From NCBI GenBank assembly GCA_049970095.1, contig JBMFNP010000004.1:1-58523 (forward strand): a stretch of 58,523 nt of DNA. Direction: 5' to 3'. Numbering within the stretch: the stretch's first letter is position 1; every line of letters starts with the position of its first letter. The notes under the pieces are model-generated. The model was not told the origin of the DNA, made no database searches, and saw only the letters and a list, made by a program, of their open reading frames with translations. This stretch comes from Thermoplasmata archaeon. GTDB taxonomy: Archaea > Thermoplasmatota > Thermoplasmata > Lutacidiplasmatales > SKW197. Shown here one piece after another: positions 58,430 through 58,523 of this stretch. The position numbers and the translations under genes are program-made.

Positions 58430-58523
58430 CGAGGGGAGGGGGCAGAGCCCCCTCCCCTTACGGTAACCTCACGGGGTTACACCCTACGGTACCTGTATTA
58501 AGGGGTATCTAAAGATACCCCGA
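58430..58523. repeat. Right arm of the inverted repeat (58430..58507) plus a further hairpin ggggtatc-taaa-gatacccc (58502..58521)
   Basis: See the left arm. The G/C hairpin ggggaggggg-cagag-ccccctcccc lies at 58433..58457. Confidence 0.9.

Overview
The window is archaeal chromosomal DNA. Evidence includes TFB, the L7Ae-S28e-L24e-Ndk ribosomal cluster, Cbf5 and Gar1, an intron-containing tRNA-Gly, class III (pilin-type) signal peptides and TATA-like boxes about 25-30 nt upstream of starts. DNA gyrase (gyrB-gyrA) and DnaK suggest a euryarchaeon, possibly Thermoplasmatota-like; this lineage guess is weak. Most genes are housekeeping: hisS, glnA, ahcY, a serine-biosynthesis cluster, pyrD-pyrK-ubiX, glyA, rpiA and guaA subunit B.

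The outstanding feature is a co-oriented tandem pair of giant genes (2133 and 2129 aa, 21708..34476, minus strand), inserted between housekeeping genes. Both encode surface proteins with type IV pilin-like N-termini and hydrophobic C-terminal sorting-signal-like tails. Their N-terminal ~920 aa are only about half identical. An internal 3.39-kb block is over 99% identical at the nucleotide level, except for one 13-nt hypervariable patch. Their C-terminal tails are unrelated.

Other notable observations:
- A ~77-nt inverted repeat with a strong G/C hairpin sits at both window ends.
- A K-loop-like motif lies in the L7Ae leader.
- Three Glu/Lys-rich zinc-ribbon proteins occur in the first 15 kb.
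- A sequon-dense beta-helix-like surface protein sits next to a PigN-like alkaline-phosphatase-superfamily membrane enzyme and an ABC-2 exporter.
- Several gene overlaps are unusual.

No CRISPR array, rRNA, transposase or integrase was seen. All family assignments come from motif recognition by eye; no searches were run.
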